Shown: positions 10,016 to 20,383 of the stretch, piece after piece
Layout: each line of letters starts with the position of its first letter
Position numbering within the stretch: position 1 is the first letter of the stretch
Virus record (IMG/VR): IMGVR_UViG_3300009376_000006
Strand: one strand, 5' to 3'
Source of the DNA: an uncultured virus (IMG/VR IMGVR_UViG_3300009376_000006)
Lineage: Duplodnaviria > Heunggongvirae > Uroviricota > Caudoviricetes
Length of the DNA stretch: 64,000 nucleotides
Made by a program: the position numbers and the translations under genes
The notes under the pieces: model-generated
What the model was told of the DNA's origin: nothing
The model's input: the letters and a program-made list of their open reading frames with translations, nothing else
Databases searched by the model: none

Positions 10016-11156
10016 GTCTCTGGAAGACACGTTGGACGCTGGGCCCCCCAAGCACGCCATCGGTAAGTTGGCGGACCTGCTGAAGAGGCACGACATTGAC
10101 ATTGAGGACATCGGGGACATCAAGAAGGTGTCCCTCTACCAGTCCCTGACGAAGGACGCAGACGGTGAAGCACAGATTCACGACTTGGTTGGCATCCAGA
10201 TTTCTCCGGCGTGGGAGGAGGGACCGGCGTGGCCCGTCATCCAGCCCGGTCCCGTCCTCAAACTTCCCAAGAGTCCTCCCGCCAAGAAGAAGGCGGGCCT
10301 GAAGACCTGTGTCGTGCTCCCCGACATGCAGATCGGGTACTTCAGGGACAAGTCCGGGGAACTGTCCCCCACCCACGATGAGTTGGCGATAGCCCTAGCC
10401 ACGGAGATCGTCAAAGACACCAACCCCGATCTGGTGGTTCTGGTTGGCGACAATCTTGACCTGCCCGAACTCGGCAAGTACCGGGTCACCCCGGCGTTCC
10501 AGCAGACCACGCAGGCGGCGGTGGACCGGGCGACTGAGATTTGTGCGCTCCTTCGTGCTGCTGCGCCCAACGCCGAGATCAAGTGGCTGGCCGGTAACCA
10601 CGAAGAGCGCCTGACCACCTTCATGCTGGACAACGCTGCTGCGGCTTTCGGCATCCGTCCCGGCAAGGCCCCGGACAGTTGGCCCGTTCTGAGTGTGCCC
10701 AATCTCTGCCGTCTGGACGACTACGACATTGAGTACCTCGCCGGGTACCCCGCCTCGTGCGTGTGGATCAACGAGCACATCAAGGTCATCCACGGTGATC
10801 TGGTGCGTTCGGGCAGCAGCACGGCCCACGCCTACCTCAAGCGAGAAAAGGTTTCCGTGCTCTACGGACATATCCATCGTCGGGAATGGGCCGAGCAGAC
10901 GAGGGAGGACTACGATGGGCCTCGCACGGTGCTGGCGGCTTCTCCCGGGTGCCTCGCACGTATCGACGGGGCCGTGCCCTCCACCAAGGGCGGGACCGAT
11001 CTGGATGGTCGGCCTCTGACCCGTTACGAGAACTGGCAGCAGGGCCTGTGTGTGGTCCAGTACGAGGAGGGGGACGGCAAGTTCAACGTGGAGATGGTCA
11101 CGATCCGAGACGGATGGTCGTATTACCGTGGCAAGGAGTACACGTCCAAGGGGTAA
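10008..11156 (+). CDS. Calcineurin-like metallophosphoesterase
   Basis: PDMQ, GDNLD, GNHE, HGD and GHIH metal-binding motifs. Confidence 0.85.
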   Translation: MSRSLEDTLDAGPPKHAIGKLADLLKRHDIDIEDIGDIKKVSLYQSLTKDADGEAQIHDLVGIQISPAWEEGPAWPVIQPGPVLKLPKSPPAKKKAGLKTCVVLPDMQIGYFRDKSGELSPTHDELAIALATEIVKDTNPDLVVLVGDNLDLPELGKYRVTPAFQQTTQAAVDRATEICALLRAAAPNAEIKWLAGNHEERLTTFMLDNAAAAFGIRPGKAPDSWPVLSVPNLCRLDDYDIEYLAGYPASCVWINEHIKVIHGDLVRSGSSTAHAYLKREKVSVLYGHIHRREWAEQTREDYDGPRTVLAASPGCLARIDGAVPSTKGGTDLDGRPLTRYENWQQGLCVVQYEEGDGKFNVEMVTIRDGWSYYRGKEYTSKG

Positions 11157-11218
11157 TGGGGGTATACTAGTAGTACCCCGCTGGGGGTGTCCTTACTTTC
11201 CATCTAGGAGATACTAGT

Positions 11219-11425
11219 ATGTTTAACCGAGACCTCGTTGAACGGGTTGTCGCTACGTTCGTTCAGGCCGCCGCTGGTGCCATCGGTACCAACGGCGTCC
11301 TTGATCTGGGCGTGGACAACTGGAAGTTGGTTCTCAGTTCTGGAGTTGCAGCGGCCCTGTCCGTTGTGAAGGGCGCCGTCGCTGCCCGCCTAGGTACTAA
11401 GGGTACCGCTTCTCTGGTTGACTAG
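11219..11425 (+). CDS. Holin (r1t-like)
   Basis: 68 aa; ERVVATFVQA...AAALSVVK pattern, two TMs; AGGAG RBS. Confidence 0.75.
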   Translation: MFNRDLVERVVATFVQAAAGAIGTNGVLDLGVDNWKLVLSSGVAAALSVVKGAVAARLGTKGTASLVD

Positions 11426-11577
11426 CCGCCACGGTAGTGTGCGGGATGCCCACATGAGTGACACTTTACGGTTGTTAGTAGACGAGGTTAGGGGGGCGGT
11501 TCCTGCCGCACTGATTTATGCGATTGATGGTGTATACTTGAATCAGGTAGCCGCCCCCCTGAGGATTCCACACTCTT

Positions 11578-13245
11578 ATGGCCGTTGACTTCTGGTCGCC
11601 ATCTTATAGAGCCTCGGCCAGTGATCTCACGGTCGCTATCTCCCCGCTCGGCCTTGTTGAACTGGCCGATGAAGAGTTCGAGGTCCACGGCCCACGGCTG
11701 AACCGGTATTCGGCAGCGTGGGCGTGGTACCTTGGGCATCACTGGGCGTACCGCCGTGAGTTCGGTGAATCACAGTTCTACCTGAACTACGTCCGCACAA
11801 TGTCGGACTACATCACGAACTTTTGCTTTGGTAAGGGCGTGTACTTCCGTACCCCGGAACAGAACAACGCCATTATCCCTCACCTCCTAAACACCGTGTG
11901 GGACCACCACAACAACAAGGAGCACGTCCTCTGGGAGATGGGCCAGTTGGCCTCGGTGACCGGGGACTGCTTCGTCAAGGTGGCCTACGAGGAGCCGTAC
12001 GTCGATCCCATCGGAATCCCAATGCCGGGCAGGGTCCGCATTCTGCCCCTGAACCCGGCCCACTGCTTTCCCGAGTACCACCCCCACGACCGGACCCGAC
12101 TGTTGCGCTTCAAGTTGAAGTATCGCTTCTGGGGTACCGCTCCTGAGGGCACTCGGCAGGTGTACACCTTCACTGAGATTCTTACCGACGACACGGTAGA
12201 GCAGTACATCAACGATGAGTTGGTGGACACCTACCCGAACGCCATCGGCCATATTCCTGTCGTACACATCCCTAACACCACGATCTCCTCGTCTCCGTGG
12301 GGCCAGAGTGACATCTGGGACATCATCCCGCTCAACCGAGAGTTGAATGAGAAGATGTCCGAGGTGTCGGACATCATCAACTATCACGCTGCTCCCGTGA
12401 CGATCATCACCGGGGCCAAGGCGAGTCAGTTGGAGAGGGGCCCGAAGAAGGTTTGGGCCGGTCTCCCGAAGGACAGCAACGTATTCAATCTGGAGTCCCG
12501 TGGCGAGATGGCGGGGGCGCTTGAATACATTCAGCACATCAAGCGGACCATGCACGAGATCACGGGCGTTCCCGAAACGGCCCTAGGCCAGACCCAGCCC
12601 ATCTCCAACACCAGCGGCGTGGCACTGGCCATCCAGTACCAGCCGATGATGAACCGCTACAGCATGAAGAAGTCGCACTTCACCAAGGGGCTTGAGAAGG
12701 TCAACGAACTGGTCATTCGTACGGCCGCTGTCTTCGAGCCCCAGATGCTGTTGTACGACGCTTCTGTGGCTGAGTATCCTGAGAAGGACAACGCCATCCA
12801 GTTGGACCCCACGGACCCGCTGACCTACAAGACCACCATCCACTGGCCCGACCCGCTGCCGGTGGACGTACTCATCACGCTCAACGAGATTCAGGCCAAA
12901 CTGACCCTCGGCCTTGAGTCGAAGCGGGGCGCCCTCAAGATTCTCGGTGAGGAGTTCCCGAACGAGAAGATGGCCGAGGTCTTTGAGGAGCAGATGGAAG
13001 ACGCTCTCGATGCTGGGACCCTTGAGATGTTCAACGCTCAGGTCCAGCAGGCAATCTTCGCCGCTACCGGAATGCTGCCCCCCGAGGGGGCGGAGCCGGT
13101 CGGCGGTGAGGGAGGGGGAGAGGAACAGACGTTCCCAGCCCCGATGGTATCCGGCGCTGATGCCGGATTGTTAGATAAACTGATTCAGCGGGCCTACGGC
13201 GCCCGGTTCGCCCAGCGCCGTATCCCGACAAGTGACAGCGAATAA
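11578..13245 (+). CDS. Portal protein
   Basis: 555 aa; TGDCFVKV, IPVVHIPN..WGQSDI, SGVAL motifs (SPP1 gp6-like); upstream of scaffold and capsid. Confidence 0.9.
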   Translation: MAVDFWSPSYRASASDLTVAISPLGLVELADEEFEVHGPRLNRYSAAWAWYLGHHWAYRREFGESQFYLNYVRTMSDYITNFCFGKGVYFRTPEQNNAIIPHLLNTVWDHHNNKEHVLWEMGQLASVTGDCFVKVAYEEPYVDPIGIPMPGRVRILPLNPAHCFPEYHPHDRTRLLRFKLKYRFWGTAPEGTRQVYTFTEILTDDTVEQYINDELVDTYPNAIGHIPVVHIPNTTISSSPWGQSDIWDIIPLNRELNEKMSEVSDIINYHAAPVTIITGAKASQLERGPKKVWAGLPKDSNVFNLESRGEMAGALEYIQHIKRTMHEITGVPETALGQTQPISNTSGVALAIQYQPMMNRYSMKKSHFTKGLEKVNELVIRTAAVFEPQMLLYDASVAEYPEKDNAIQLDPTDPLTYKTTIHWPDPLPVDVLITLNEIQAKLTLGLESKRGALKILGEEFPNEKMAEVFEEQMEDALDAGTLEMFNAQVQQAIFAATGMLPPEGAEPVGGEGGGEEQTFPAPMVSGADAGLLDKLIQRAYGARFAQRRIPTSDSE

Positions 13246-13292
13246 GTTCTACTAAACCAGACAGTATCCGCCAAACCAGTTAAGGAGCAGTT

Positions 13293-14102
13293 ATGGCAGG
13301 AGCAAAGAAGGACGCTGCGGCGCCCGATGAAGTGACCGTGCCGCCCGCCGAGTCGGAGACCGCTGAGGTCGGCTTTGACGTGGGCGTGGCCGAGTCGGCC
13401 GAGGGACGAATGTTCACCGAGTCCGACGTGGAGCGTATTCGTCAGCAGGAGAAGGACAAGTTGTACAAGAGGCTTGAAGAGTCCGACGGGCGTGTCAAGT
13501 CTCTTGAGGACCAGTTGACGACGCTCTCGGATGAGCACAAGTCCTCCAAGGACGCTGCGGAGAAGTTGGCCGCTTACGAGGCCGAAGTCGCCAAGCAGCG
13601 TGAGGAAGAGGAACTCAGCGCCAAGGAGTTGATCGCTCGTCGGGAGACCGAGTTCAACGAGAAGATCAACTCCGTGGAAGCGGAGTGGCAAGAGCGGCTT
13701 GCCAAGATCGAAGAAGAGCGTGAAGCGCAGGATGCGATGCTCGACAAGGAGCGCCGCTTCCGCGAACTAGAGGAGTATCGCCTCAGGGCGATGCAGCAGG
13801 AAGAGGAATACATCATTCCCGAACTGCGTGATCTCGTCTCGGGAACCACCGAGGAAGAGATCGACAACTCTATTGCGATCCTAAAGGACCGTAGTAGTGC
13901 TATACTGGAAGCAATCCAGCAGTCCGCCCCCAGCGGGCTGAGGGGGTCGCCGGTAACGGCGCCTCCCGTTGGGCCAATGGAAACTCAGACGGAGCAGCAG
14001 CAGACGCTAAGTGCGGAGGACATCCGCAACATGCCGATGGACCAGTACATGCAAATGCGAGACAGGCTCCTCAAGGCGCGGCCGTCACAAAGCCGCTTCT
14101 AG
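13293..14102 (+). CDS. Capsid scaffolding protein
   Basis: Acidic coiled coil (RQQEKDKLY) between portal and capsid genes. Confidence 0.8.
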   Translation: MAGAKKDAAAPDEVTVPPAESETAEVGFDVGVAESAEGRMFTESDVERIRQQEKDKLYKRLEESDGRVKSLEDQLTTLSDEHKSSKDAAEKLAAYEAEVAKQREEEELSAKELIARRETEFNEKINSVEAEWQERLAKIEEEREAQDAMLDKERRFRELEEYRLRAMQQEEEYIIPELRDLVSGTTEEEIDNSIAILKDRSSAILEAIQQSAPSGLRGSPVTAPPVGPMETQTEQQQTLSAEDIRNMPMDQYMQMRDRLLKARPSQSRF

Positions 14103-14142
14103 ACAACATATACACACCGTCCCCTAACGGAGGAACCCAACC

Positions 14143-15252
14143 ATGGCCCTGCCAGCCCCATCGGGTGGCTCGATCACGACGGCTGCTGACCAGTCGTCTC
14201 TGACCGGCTACTCGTCCGATACGGCGCTGACTCCGGCGATTCAGACTATCTGGAGCAAGGAAATCTTGTTTCAGGCTATGCCTGTTCTTCGCTTTGAGCA
14301 GTTTGCCGTTAAAAAGACGGAACTCGGTGTTATGCCGGGTCTCACCGTCAACTTCATGCGCTACACCAACCTCGGTGTTGACCAGAACACTGGTGCGACT
14401 CTGACGGAAGGTACCCGTATGGAGCCCACAGCCCTCTCGGCTAGCCAGATTCAGATCACGGTCTCGGAGCGTGGTCAGGCGATCTCGGTCACCGAGTTGC
14501 TGCTCAACGCCTCGTTCGATGACGTTATGGCGTCGTCGTCCCGTCTCCTTGGCCGTCACATGGCCCAGTCGATGGATATTGAGGCCCGCAATACCCTGTA
14601 CAAGACCGGCATCCCGTTCGGTGGAGGCTCGGCGGTTGCTCCGTCGATCACCTTCGGCCGGACCAAGCAGTCGGGCGCTCGTACCACGGTCTCGCCGTAC
14701 GACGGCGGCACAGTCGGTACGGCGGCCTCGCCGGGCTACCTCTCGCCCACTACCATCAAGGACGCCGTGGAGACGCTGGCTGGGGAGAACATCCCTCGCA
14801 TTGGTGACACCTACGTGTGCTTCGTGCATCCGTCGCAGAGCCGTTCGCTCCGCGACTGGCCGGAGTTCATTGAGGTCACCAAGTACGCCGCTCCCGGCAA
14901 CTTCATGCTGGGCGAGATCGGGCGCCTCTACGACGTGGTCTTCATCGAGACCACTCAGGTGACCAAGGGTCTGGACGGCACCGCTGCCGGTTCGGCACTT
15001 GCGGCCCTCACGGGTCTGGACACCGATTCGGGCACCTCTGGCCTTCAGGAGAACGCCAACGCTTACAACGCCGTGATGATCGGTGACAACGCCTTCGGTC
15101 AGGCCATTGCCTTGCCGGTGGAGTTGCGCGACGGCGGCGTGATCGACTTCGGTCGTGAGCATGGCCTCGCTTGGTACGCCATCTGGGGCTTCGGTGTCAT
15201 CACCCACGAGTCCCGGGTCATCATCAACACCCTCGGTGGCGCAATCGCCTAG
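14143..15252 (+). CDS. Major capsid protein (N4-gp56-like)
   Basis: 369 aa; LTEG, GEIGRLYDVVFIET, DFGREHGLAWY motifs; GGAGG RBS. Confidence 0.9.
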   Translation: MALPAPSGGSITTAADQSSLTGYSSDTALTPAIQTIWSKEILFQAMPVLRFEQFAVKKTELGVMPGLTVNFMRYTNLGVDQNTGATLTEGTRMEPTALSASQIQITVSERGQAISVTELLLNASFDDVMASSSRLLGRHMAQSMDIEARNTLYKTGIPFGGGSAVAPSITFGRTKQSGARTTVSPYDGGTVGTAASPGYLSPTTIKDAVETLAGENIPRIGDTYVCFVHPSQSRSLRDWPEFIEVTKYAAPGNFMLGEIGRLYDVVFIETTQVTKGLDGTAAGSALAALTGLDTDSGTSGLQENANAYNAVMIGDNAFGQAIALPVELRDGGVIDFGREHGLAWYAIWGFGVITHESRVIINTLGGAIA

Positions 15253-15272
15253 TTGCGATTTGCTATAGTTGT

Positions 15273-15302
15273 GGGGGGCCGGGGCCTACGTGCCCCGCCC
15301 CC
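15273..15302 (+). terminator. GC-rich hairpin after the capsid gene
   Basis: GGGGGCCGGGGC...GCCCCGCCCCC stem; no U-tract. Confidence 0.55.
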
Positions 15303-15345
15303 TCACCGCTATATCCATCGACAATCCTTAAAGGAGTAGCAGAAC

Positions 15346-15630
15346 ATGGCAGACGACGAAATCATCGTCACGGAGACAACCAGCGAGCCAGCCCCCAAGA
15401 AGGCGGCCCCCAAGAAGAAGGCCCCCGCCCCCGCTCCCGTGGAGGAGGTGGAGGTTGCCGAGGAGCCCATCACGGTCTCGCCGGACACCATCCGGGCCCG
15501 GGTCAAGGGCACGTGGCGCATGTCGTTCAACGGCCAGCCGTGGGACTTCGTGGACGGGCAGCACTACGATCTACCACCCGACCTGTACCGGTACCTCAGA
15601 GGGCACGAGAACATCTACGACACCCTCTAG
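15346..15630 (+). CDS. Hypothetical head-associated protein
   Basis: AAGGAG RBS; PKKAAPKKKAP linker. Confidence 0.7.
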   Translation: MADDEIIVTETTSEPAPKKAAPKKKAPAPAPVEEVEVAEEPITVSPDTIRARVKGTWRMSFNGQPWDFVDGQHYDLPPDLYRYLRGHENIYDTL

Positions 15631-15639
15631 TGAGGTAGC

Positions 15640-17073
15640 ATGGCCTACACGGTACTCAACCGGCCGGACACCACTTCGGCCGATCTGGCAGAGCCCGACA
15701 AGGGCGACTTTCAGGCCCTAGGTAACCGCAAGGCCGGTGTTCTGAGTGGCGGGGCGGTAACCCGCTCAGCCTCGAACACCCTGTCGGCAGCGGCTGTCTC
15801 GGGGTACCTGAACGGGGAATACTTTAGTATTTCCACTGACACTTCTCTTGACATCATCCCGCCCAACTCCGGGGCGTCCAAGTTCATCTTGGTGGTCGTG
15901 CAGAAGTCGGGGAGTACCTTCAGCGTGTCCACCCGGTCCACGGGCGGTGAGAGCGCAACCAACGCTGTCTACCCCGCCCTAGATGACTCGTCTGAACTGT
16001 TGTTGGCGGTCGCCTACTACCCCAGTGGTGCCACGGACATCACGTCCAGCGGGATCGTGGACAAGCGATCCTTCATCCTCCCTCAGGCCAATCCCACGGC
16101 CGTCTCCTCGTCCCCCGGATCGTCCGAGGGGAACATCGGTGAGATTAGGATTGATTCTAGCCTCACCCCTGCCGACGGCCAGTCCATCGTATGGATCAAG
16201 ACCAGCGCCACGGCATGGACCAACCTCGGGGCCTACTCGTCCACCGCATCGGCGCCCGGCGCTACCGGTGCCACGGGAGCCACCGGCCCCGCTGGTCCTA
16301 CCGGACCTCAGGGCCCACAGGGTACAACCGGCCCGCAGGGTGAGAAGGGCGAGACCGGCGCTGCCGGAGCGGCCGGTGCAGCGGGAGCGGCCGGTGGCGC
16401 TGGCGCAGAAGGGCCTAGAGGACCCGAGGGACCGCAGGGCCCGCAGGGTGCGAAGGGCGAGAAGGGCGACAAAGGGGACAAGGGAGACACTGGTGCTGCG
16501 GGGGGTTCCTACTCATTCAGGGTCTCCGAGGCGCTGTTCAGCAATCAGCATACCATCAACAATGGTGATCTAATGGTGCTCTACGGAGGCACTGGTATCT
16601 CTGTTACCCGTAGTGGAGCGGCGTTCACCATCGCCAGCACCGGTTCCTACCTGCCTTTGACGGGGGGCATGAATTATCCTATGTCGGGCGACTTTGTCAC
16701 GCAGACCATGTGGCCCCACACTGATGGCCAGTTTACCCTTGGTACGTACTCCCGCCGTTATTATACGGTACATCTCACGAACGCTCCAGTCGTAGCATCC
16801 GATCTTCGGTTGAAAGGTGAGGTCACGGAGTCACCGGGTCTAAGTCTTGTAAACAGTTTAAAGCCTCTGTCCTACCGCCTGAAGGCTGATCCTGACAAGA
16901 AACACTGGGGCTTTGGGGCTCAGGATGTCGCCAAGGTGTGTGCCCCGGACGCTGCTGTCGTGGACTATTCTGATGAGGGTCCTCACGGCATCGCCTACAC
17001 CGAACTACTCGCCCCCATGGTCAAGGCTATTCAGGAGATCACCGAGCGTCTGGAGGCGCTGGAGAATGGCTGA
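15640..17073 (+). CDS. Collagen-repeat fibre protein with S74-type chaperone
   Basis: Continuous Gly-X-Y tract at about 16258-16503; C-terminal SDLRLK...GFGAQDV...MVKAIQE. Confidence 0.85.
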   Translation: MAYTVLNRPDTTSADLAEPDKGDFQALGNRKAGVLSGGAVTRSASNTLSAAAVSGYLNGEYFSISTDTSLDIIPPNSGASKFILVVVQKSGSTFSVSTRSTGGESATNAVYPALDDSSELLLAVAYYPSGATDITSSGIVDKRSFILPQANPTAVSSSPGSSEGNIGEIRIDSSLTPADGQSIVWIKTSATAWTNLGAYSSTASAPGATGATGATGPAGPTGPQGPQGTTGPQGEKGETGAAGAAGAAGAAGGAGAEGPRGPEGPQGPQGAKGEKGDKGDKGDTGAAGGSYSFRVSEALFSNQHTINNGDLMVLYGGTGISVTRSGAAFTIASTGSYLPLTGGMNYPMSGDFVTQTMWPHTDGQFTLGTYSRRYYTVHLTNAPVVASDLRLKGEVTESPGLSLVNSLKPLSYRLKADPDKKHWGFGAQDVAKVCAPDAAVVDYSDEGPHGIAYTELLAPMVKAIQEITERLEALENG

Positions 17074-17215
17074 CCTGCCCAAGCCAGACAACACGTATTC
17101 TCCTACCCACATTGTCCTCGTGAGACACACCATGGCGGCCCGGCTACGTGACACCTACCCGGCCATCAACCAGCCCGGGCAGGACTCGGTCCCCGGAGCG
17201 GACTCCGCTCAATAG
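17066..17215 (+). CDS. Small hypothetical protein (49 aa)
   Basis: GGAG RBS, ATG overlapping the upstream gene: MADLPKPDNTYSPTHIVLVRH... Confidence 0.6.
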   Translation: MADLPKPDNTYSPTHIVLVRHTMAARLRDTYPAINQPGQDSVPGADSAQ

Positions 17216-17230
17216 TAGTAAACTGGCCTT

Positions 17231-18028
17231 ATGACGGCGCTGACAGACATCGAGACGGTTGCCCGGAACTACCTCAGGGACTTCCCGAGGTTCTTCCAGT
17301 TGGACTTCGACGCCGTCGGCCGGACCTTCGATCTCGGCCATCTCAATGTGGATTCAACTAAACTCTGGGTAGCAACCTATGCTAGCGGTACGACGACACC
17401 CCTGTCTAGTAGCCAGTACTCTCTTGATGATCGTAACGGGCTTCTACGTCTGGCTTCGTCTCAGGCGTCAGGAACCAAGGTTCTGGTAGAGGGGTACTAC
17501 TTTGAGTGGCTACTCCCTGCCGACCTGACCTTCTACGCCAAACTGGCCCTGAACCAGCACCTGCACAACTTGGACATGGACGCCGAGCAGTTGTCGGCTG
17601 TGGTCAAGGACGTTGTCGGTATTGACGCTATGATTGAGTCCCTCTGGGGACTTATGACGGAGTACAGTCGGGACATCGACATTACGACCTCTGAGGCGGT
17701 CCACATCCCGGCCAGCCAGAGGTTCCGCATGGTACAGCAGTTGCTGACCTACTGGACCACCGAGTACGAGAAGAAGGCTCGGGCCCTCAACATTGGTCTG
17801 GATCGTATCGAAGTCTTCAACCTGCGCCGGACCTCCCGCACCACCAACCGGCTGGTCCCGGTCCAGAAGTCTCGTGAACTGGGCGATTACGGCCCGATTG
17901 AGCGCATCTGGTCCCCGATTGACGACGGCCAGATCGCCATCGCTGAGGAGCAGGACGAACTGCGGACCGACGTGTTCATCGACGGCGATCCTCCCGAGGG
18001 TTACGTTCAGGCGTTTAGGTATCCGTAA
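17231..18028 (+). CDS. Putative head-tail adaptor/neck protein
   Basis: Position between head and tail genes; DITTSEAVHIPASQRFR. Confidence 0.6.
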   Translation: MTALTDIETVARNYLRDFPRFFQLDFDAVGRTFDLGHLNVDSTKLWVATYASGTTTPLSSSQYSLDDRNGLLRLASSQASGTKVLVEGYYFEWLLPADLTFYAKLALNQHLHNLDMDAEQLSAVVKDVVGIDAMIESLWGLMTEYSRDIDITTSEAVHIPASQRFRMVQQLLTYWTTEYEKKARALNIGLDRIEVFNLRRTSRTTNRLVPVQKSRELGDYGPIERIWSPIDDGQIAIAEEQDELRTDVFIDGDPPEGYVQAFRYP

Positions 18029-18564
18029 TGGTTGACGTGCGTAGAGAGGTCGAGCACGTCTGGGACAACTACCGCCGGTACCACAAGGACACTGGCGAGA
18101 TCGTCGTCTGGTACGAGTTGCAACCCTTCGGTACGACCGCTGGAACCGACAGCCTCTACGACGATGTTTACGACGAGGGTCTGTCGTCTACCGGCGGTCT
18201 TCAGTACCAGACCGGCGTTGTCGTTCCGGTCATTCAGGTTCAGGAGAACGAGGACACCAAGCGGGCCATGCCCGATGGCCGTCACCCGCTCCAGACCGTC
18301 AACGGGGTCGTTTCCGTCAAGGACATGCGTGACGCTGGTATCAGTGACGCCACGGAGTACCGTAAGCACCTGAACGACATGTTTTTCTATGATGGCCGGT
18401 ACTACTCGGTCACCATGTACCGTATCCGTGGCCGTGGCAGGGACGACGTGATCATCGCCTTCGAGGGCATCGAGAAGTACGTGGATCAAGAGTTCGCCTT
18501 TGATCCCGGGCCCACCACACTGGCTACGACCGACTACGCTTGGCCAGCGACGTTCCCGGCATGA
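18028..18564 (+). CDS. Putative head closure/stopper protein
   Basis: Position, size and TAATG coupling. Confidence 0.55.
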   Translation: MVDVRREVEHVWDNYRRYHKDTGEIVVWYELQPFGTTAGTDSLYDDVYDEGLSSTGGLQYQTGVVVPVIQVQENEDTKRAMPDGRHPLQTVNGVVSVKDMRDAGISDATEYRKHLNDMFFYDGRYYSVTMYRIRGRGRDDVIIAFEGIEKYVDQEFAFDPGPTTLATTDYAWPATFPA

Positions 18565-19871
18565 CGCAGCGCCCAGTGCATTACGGGACGGGCCTCCCGG
18601 GGTTCTCCCTCGGTGTCAGCCACATTGAGGACCTACAGCGCTTAGGCGTAGACCCGGACGTGCTTCGGCCAGATTATGTGCCCATGGCAAACGAGGTGAT
18701 GAGCGAGGAAATAGGTATAACCTTCCACCCCACGTCAGACTGGGAGGAGACCCCCCCGGCTAGCCTAGAAGGCGTTAGCAGGAGATACTCCTCTGATCAG
18801 TTCGGGGACTGGGAGGTGCCCCGTACGGAGCACATGATCTTGAGGCCCTCCCGCTTCCTAGGGACCCCTTCAGCCAACGACTGGCAACCGGGCGAGCACC
18901 CCGAGTCAGAGGGGCGGGGCGGCCTGCTCTCTGAGGCACGAGGCGTTCTGAGAGTGGTCACCAGTCCTTGGTCAGACCGCCCGGGATGGGAGGATATATA
19001 CGCTAGAGACCAGCGTGTCAGGCCGTCTGATGTTTATGACTTGCGTATGAAAGACGAAGACTCGGCAAGTAAAGCAGGCCCTATAAACATCCCGGTCTTA
19101 GGCCAGCGCTTGATAAGACCAGCATTTCACAGGCCACCTCGACGTGCTGGGGACCCGGTGAACAAATGGGGAGGTACGTGGAAGGAGGATGAGACTGACG
19201 AAAAGTACTTGGCTGACGTGGGTCGTGACTCTTTCCATTACAAGTTTCTTGCCTCACCGGATATGGACATAGGCAGGCCCGTGGAGGGAGAGGAAACCTC
19301 AGCATTGTTCACTCCCGGGTACCGGTTGGCTAGACCATCGTTCCTTGTTGAACTTGAGCACGACAGCCCCCCTGAGGACCATTCTCGTCCCCCCCTACGT
19401 AGAAACATATCGACTCCCGGCGAGGCAATAGACGCAACCACCGGTAACGCCCATGTCTTCGTAAAGTCATATATACCAGAGGAGGCGTTCACGGACGCTG
19501 GAGAATGGCCCGGCGGGGGTCACGTCAGCGAGCAGGGTCAGGTCACACACAATGCTCCCGGAGGCGTGATGGCTACGCACGGCCAGTACGCACAGTTGGC
19601 TGGAGGCGGGTACCTAAGTATGCACCAGTTTGACAACCCGCCTGAGCGCTTAGACCCAAACGCTTGGACGGGACGGCACTCGGAGTTGGTTTCGGAGCCA
19701 CGAGAGGATCGCCTCGGGCTCTGGGCCTCGGATGAGGATACGAATAAAAGGAACATTGAGTTCGCACCGGATATGGTACGCATCGCCCACAGTGCATGGC
19801 AAAGACAGATGCAAGATTGGGCAAGCATCCTCAGAGGCGATCACCCCGACCCCGACCCAGACTTCTCCTGA
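18561..19871 (+). CDS. Hypothetical protein inserted in the neck module
   Basis: ATGA coupling; atypical codon usage (ATA, AGA, TTA). Confidence 0.65.
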   Translation: MTQRPVHYGTGLPGFSLGVSHIEDLQRLGVDPDVLRPDYVPMANEVMSEEIGITFHPTSDWEETPPASLEGVSRRYSSDQFGDWEVPRTEHMILRPSRFLGTPSANDWQPGEHPESEGRGGLLSEARGVLRVVTSPWSDRPGWEDIYARDQRVRPSDVYDLRMKDEDSASKAGPINIPVLGQRLIRPAFHRPPRRAGDPVNKWGGTWKEDETDEKYLADVGRDSFHYKFLASPDMDIGRPVEGEETSALFTPGYRLARPSFLVELEHDSPPEDHSRPPLRRNISTPGEAIDATTGNAHVFVKSYIPEEAFTDAGEWPGGGHVSEQGQVTHNAPGGVMATHGQYAQLAGGGYLSMHQFDNPPERLDPNAWTGRHSELVSEPREDRLGLWASDEDTNKRNIEFAPDMVRIAHSAWQRQMQDWASILRGDHPDPDPDFS

Positions 19872-19945
19872 ATGGTGTATCATTAGTCTAGGTTCCGGTG
19901 AGCGCCGGTCCCTCTCAACTGCCCAGAGGAACGCTAGGAGAGCGT

Positions 19946-20383
19946 ATGGCTGAAACGCCTACATTCGATGATGTCCCTGTTTCCTCTGGTGCCATGATCT
20001 CTGGCATTCCTGCGGCCGTGGAGTACGCCAGTTACCTCCTGACCCGGCTCCCTTCCATTCTGGAGTACTCCATGAATGATGTTCTAGAGGAGCACGTCCA
20101 TGATGCCCGAGAGCGTCTGGACCGGGACGGCGACTACCGCCAACTCGCCCGCTACTACGATGTGGTGGAGAACGAGGACGAGGAGGGCGAACTGGTGTTC
20201 GGTCTCTTCGACGTGCCGGAGCGCCTGAAGGACCGTGCCCAGCGTCTGGAGTACGGGGACGACAAGACCCCGCCCCGGGCCTTCGTTCGTAGGACCCTGT
20301 TCAAGGAGGGCGAGGAGATCGCCAAGAAGGTGGGCAAGGGCGCTCGTCGTGCCATGGGGGAGGTGGTCGTCGGTGCCGACTAA
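19946..20383 (+). CDS. Putative neck/tail completion protein
   Basis: AGGAG RBS; LEYG...PPRAFVR resembles the HK97 gp10-like motif. Confidence 0.6.
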   Translation: MAETPTFDDVPVSSGAMISGIPAAVEYASYLLTRLPSILEYSMNDVLEEHVHDARERLDRDGDYRQLARYYDVVENEDEEGELVFGLFDVPERLKDRAQRLEYGDDKTPPRAFVRRTLFKEGEEIAKKVGKGARRAMGEVVVGAD

